Both the position numbers and the translations under genes were made by a program. Positions 18,004-20,000 of a stretch of 20,000 nucleotides of DNA are shown in pieces. The notes under the pieces are model-generated. The model did no database searches. It was given only the letters and a program-made list of their open reading frames with translations, and was not told the origin of the DNA. Position 1 is the first letter of the stretch, and every line of letters begins with the position of its first letter. The DNA comes from an uncultured virus (IMG/VR IMGVR_UViG_3300032285_000379) (lineage: Duplodnaviria > Heunggongvirae > Uroviricota > Caudoviricetes): the IMG/VR virus record IMGVR_UViG_3300032285_000379. The stretch is one strand, 5' to 3'.

Positions 18004-18277
18004 CATCGTTGTCAAAAAGCCAGCCTACCGTTGCCCGGTGGGCTGCCTCCCACATGTTTAAACGCTCTTCCCGGCTCATCCTATGACCTTGATCTAATTC
18101 AGCGTGGCAGGTAAAACATAGCGCAGCGATGCGGTAATCATGGGCTTTAAGACTTCTGCCCTTGCCGTCCCGACTCTGATTGGAATGAGCGGCTACAACC
18201 GTACCATCTTCTTTCCCGCAATGCTGGCACGGCGAAGCACGTACAGCTTCAAGCAGTTTCTGGTTGCGGTACATCAA
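17987..18277 (-). CDS. DUF1364/YbcO-like Zn-binding HNH-type putative nuclease
   Basis: YRNQKLLEAVR..PCQHCG..TVVAAHSN..GKG..KAHD..AALCFTCHAELD: the CxxC...H...CxxCH pattern of this prophage family. Confidence 0.75.
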   Translation of the reverse strand: MMYRNQKLLEAVRASPCQHCGKEDGTVVAAHSNQSRDGKGRSLKAHDYRIAALCFTCHAELDQGHRMSREERLNMWEAAHRATVGWLFDNDVIGLR

Positions 18278-18552
18278 CGGGCTTTGGCTTTGACAATGTC
18301 TTTAACTGGTTGCCATTTGGAGGCCACCACTTTAGTAATTCTCTCTGGCACAGTACTGTGGTAGCGCAGGTTCTGTCGGGCTTTTTTTCTGTTTTCTTTT
18401 TCAAGGCTCTGTAATTCAAGTGTTGCTTTCAATTCTGCGCTATGGCGCAGGTACAGGCGAAACCATGTGATCCCGCCTATCCGTAGGTACTCCTCATATT
18501 CGGAGTCCGATAGTCTAGCATTGATAGAGTTAACTGCCTTCTCTTTTCTCAT
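18274..18552 (-). CDS. Hypothetical protein, possible ribbon-helix-helix-like DNA-binding N-terminus
   Basis: SINARLSDSEYEEYLRIGGITWFRLYL resembles a strand-helix-helix arrangement. ATGA overlaps at both ends. Confidence 0.6.
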   Translation of the reverse strand: MRKEKAVNSINARLSDSEYEEYLRIGGITWFRLYLRHSAELKATLELQSLEKENRKKARQNLRYHSTVPERITKVVASKWQPVKDIVKAKAR

Positions 18553-18770
18553 GGTTTGCCAATCATCGTAGGTGATCTAGGCTGGAGAATTTTTGATGTA
18601 ACTCCGTAGACCGTGCCGTGGCTAGGCTTGGTTTCTCTAATCTTCTCAACAGCCACCGATGTGCGCTTACTGATGGCAGCACCACGCTTTACATGTTTAA
18701 ACGGATCGCCACGCTTCGCACGCTCCTCGTCCGTATATTCTTTCCAGTCAAATGCGTTCACGGCAGTCAT
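18549..18770 (-). CDS. Hypothetical basic protein (73 aa)
   Basis: GGAGAACAGC-ATG RBS and ATGA coupling to the next gene. Confidence 0.65.
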   Translation of the reverse strand: MTAVNAFDWKEYTDEERAKRGDPFKHVKRGAAISKRTSVAVEKIRETKPSHGTVYGVTSKILQPRSPTMIGKP

Positions 18771-18900
18771 GCTGTTCTCCGGCTGTCTTCGTTGTAAAAA
18801 TTAAATGGCACTTAATGCATCGGTAGAGCATTCCCTCTTCCACAATGACCCTACCCCTGCCTCTGAGCTTTCCCCAAAATGTTCTTATCAGTTCAAGCAT
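18748..18900 (-). CDS. Small Zn-finger protein (50 aa; CxxC-x12-HxC, C2H2-like)
   Basis: Start reassigned to ATG 18900 after AGGAGAAGAACA. Sequence YRCIKCHLIFTTKTAGEQHDC. Confidence 0.65.
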   Translation of the reverse strand: MLELIRTFWGKLRGRGRVIVEEGMLYRCIKCHLIFTTKTAGEQHDCRERI

Positions 18901-19162
18901 TGTTCTTCTCCTTGAGTTTGGCTTCAATCTTGCGTGCATCTGCCAGTAGTCGTATAGGGTTGACATCTGAGTTTGATGTACCAATTCGCCCACCAAATGC
19001 GTCCCAAATATCATCATCAGTCAGCCCTACCCATGTGCGCTGCGCCGCTTTCCACGCAAACTTAAACGCATCCGTCTGCCCATGCAGCCTGCCTTCCATA
19101 GAAGCCACATACTCATCCCATGCAAGCTCAATGGGTTCTTTGGGTGTTGTTCGCTCAACCAT
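18893..19162 (-). CDS. Hypothetical protein (89 aa) with RTWVGLT...IEAKLKEKN C-terminal module
   Basis: Start reassigned to ATG 19162 after AGGAGAAGAACA. 8-bp overlap with the downstream gene. Confidence 0.7.
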   Translation of the reverse strand: MVERTTPKEPIELAWDEYVASMEGRLHGQTDAFKFAWKAAQRTWVGLTDDDIWDAFGGRIGTSNSDVNPIRLLADARKIEAKLKEKNNA

Positions 19163-19172
19163 TGTTCTTCTC

Positions 19173-19373
19173 CTAATATGAGATGTGTCTGTCGTACAGT
19201 TTTGAAATTGTTTCACGGTCAATGTAATAGTCCCGCACAACCGCCAGTTGTTTGATGTCCTCAATCAATGCAAGCATTGCAGCCTTGTGATGCCTGTCAT
19301 CAATGTCGTAGTCTTCTACCAGCTTGGCTCGCCACGCAGATTTATCGCCGGTTACACGCAGGTGTCTAGCCAT
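19173..19373 (-). CDS. Hypothetical protein (66 aa)
   Basis: GGAGGAACACA-ATG RBS. Its TAG stop is part of the next gene's RBS. Confidence 0.65.
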   Translation of the reverse strand: MARHLRVTGDKSAWRAKLVEDYDIDDRHHKAAMLALIEDIKQLAVVRDYYIDRETISKLYDRHISY

Positions 19374-19563
19374 TGTGTTCCTCCCATCGTTTACACATCT
19401 GCTTTACTGTCTTGCTTTGCTTCTTACCCTTGCGCTCACACACTGCGCTCACGGATTTGTACACTGCCTTTTGTTTCAGTGTCAGTGGTGCTGGCGGCTC
19501 TGGGTTTAAACCATTCCAGCCGACCGTGCCAAGAATGGCGCTTAGGATTAGGCGGTCAATCAT
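19366..19563 (-). CDS. Hypothetical small protein with N-terminal hydrophobic/signal-like segment and two Cys (65 aa)
   Basis: AAGGAGAACAC-ATG RBS. Begins MIDRLILSAILGTVG. ATGA-coupled to the upstream gene. Confidence 0.65.
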   Translation of the reverse strand: MIDRLILSAILGTVGWNGLNPEPPAPLTLKQKAVYKSVSAVCERKGKKQSKTVKQMCKRWEEHNG

Positions 19564-19763
19564 GTGTTCTCCTTCTTGTTAAACCCACCAAAGTGCGCAC
19601 CTACATTCAAAATTGCCGCTCGCTTGACGAACTCCTGTTCTGCTGGTGTCAGGTCGTTGTACCCTTCAGCTTTGTTGCAAAGATCGTCAGTTATTTTCTT
19701 CATTGATTCACCCAACGCCTTGGCATGGCGCTTCGCCAGTTTGCCGTATTCATCGTCTGTCAT
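19560..19763 (-). CDS. Hypothetical protein (67 aa)
   Basis: Start reassigned to ATG 19763 after GGAGAAGAACAC. ATGA overlaps at both ends. Ends KKENT. Confidence 0.65.
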   Translation of the reverse strand: MTDDEYGKLAKRHAKALGESMKKITDDLCNKAEGYNDLTPAEQEFVKRAAILNVGAHFGGFNKKENT

Positions 19764-19999
19764 GTGTTCTTCTCCATCTCGTTGATAAGTTCGCCGCACA
19801 ACGTTCGCGCCTCATCGTTGCCGCCTTTGACTGTAATGATTACAGCGTTGCCTTCAACTCTTACGCCACGCATCAGACCTACCCATGTGCGTTGTTTTAG
19901 GCGTTTAATCTCTGCTCGTAACTCAGCATTGATTTTGTGTTCTTCAATACCCTTGCGAATTAACTCGCTAGTCACCTGCGTTTCCCGATGTTCCCAATC
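19760..19999 (-). CDS. Hypothetical protein with QRTWVGL motif, probably 5' truncated by window edge
   Basis: The frame is open beyond GTG 19975 to the window end (DWEHRETQVTSELIRK...). Ends EMEKNT with ATGA coupling. Confidence 0.65.
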   Translation of the reverse strand, partial: DWEHRETQVTSELIRKGIEEHKINAELRAEIKRLKQRTWVGLMRGVRVEGNAVIITVKGGNDEARTLCGELINEMEKNT

Positions 20000-20000
20000 G

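Larger units (their letters stand above)
782..19511. repeat. Dispersed palindromic octamer GTTTAAAC (at least 16 copies)
   Basis: Copies start at 782, 1907, 4144, 5862, 6234, 9524, 10511, 11099, 11463, 11787, 11922, 16346, 16451, 18056, 18695 and 19504 (manual count). Confidence 0.9.
18768..19775 (-). repeat. Conserved RBS/gene-junction motif GGAG(A/G)A(GAA)CA(C/GC/CA)-ATG in the mini-gene array
   Basis: Identical 15-mer CATTGTTCTTCTCCT (+ strand) at 18898-18912 and 19160-19174. Variants begin at 18768, 19371, 19561 and 19761. Confidence 0.8.

Noticed and set aside
18901..19799. Longer starts given by the ORF track (19017, 19264, 19799)
   Set aside because: They overlap neighbouring genes extensively. 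Internal ATGs at 18900, 19162 and 19763 have strong RBSs and give tight coupling.
18768..19894. CRISPR array or integron attC interpretation of the junction repeats
   Set aside because: The repeats are short, degenerate, non-palindromic, irregularly spaced and coincide with RBS/start codons. No cas or integrase gene is in the window.
18140..19900. Plus-strand ORFs in the right-hand region (e.g. 19248..19706, 18879..19181)
   Set aside because: They are antisense to a coherent, RBS-supported minus-strand array.
1..20000. tRNA, rRNA or structured ncRNA genes
   Set aside because: The window is almost fully coding, the largest intergenic gap is about 34 bp, and no such motifs were recognised.

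Overview
Tailed-phage (podovirus-like) genome segment. The + strand (1-18003) carries a late operon. It begins with nested Rz/Rz1 spanins and a peptidase-M15 endolysin. Next come a P22 gp10-like tail hub, a tail-needle-like protein with a C1q/TNF-like knob, two Gly/Ala/Gln-rich probable ejection proteins flanking a GNAT acetyltransferase, and a 3216-aa polyvalent protein. That protein contains an HExxH metallopeptidase, a glycosylase-like module, an HDxxGH module, three ADP-ribosyltransferase-like modules and an LPD38-like C-terminus. The - strand (17987-20000) carries a convergent, tightly coupled array of small genes ending in a DUF1364/YbcO-like Zn nuclease. Four patterns stand out. (1) Six [K/R]-[L/Y/F]-S-L motifs fall at the apparent cargo-domain boundaries of the giant protein, suggesting a self-processing effector polyprotein. 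(2) A repeated [F/Y/M/L]-x-x-G-G motif occurs in the two ejection proteins. (3) The palindrome GTTTAAAC occurs at least 16 times, a HIP1-like over-representation. (4) Shared junction and internal microhomologies link the mini-genes, suggesting cassette shuffling. All family calls come from motif recognition by eye; no searches were run.
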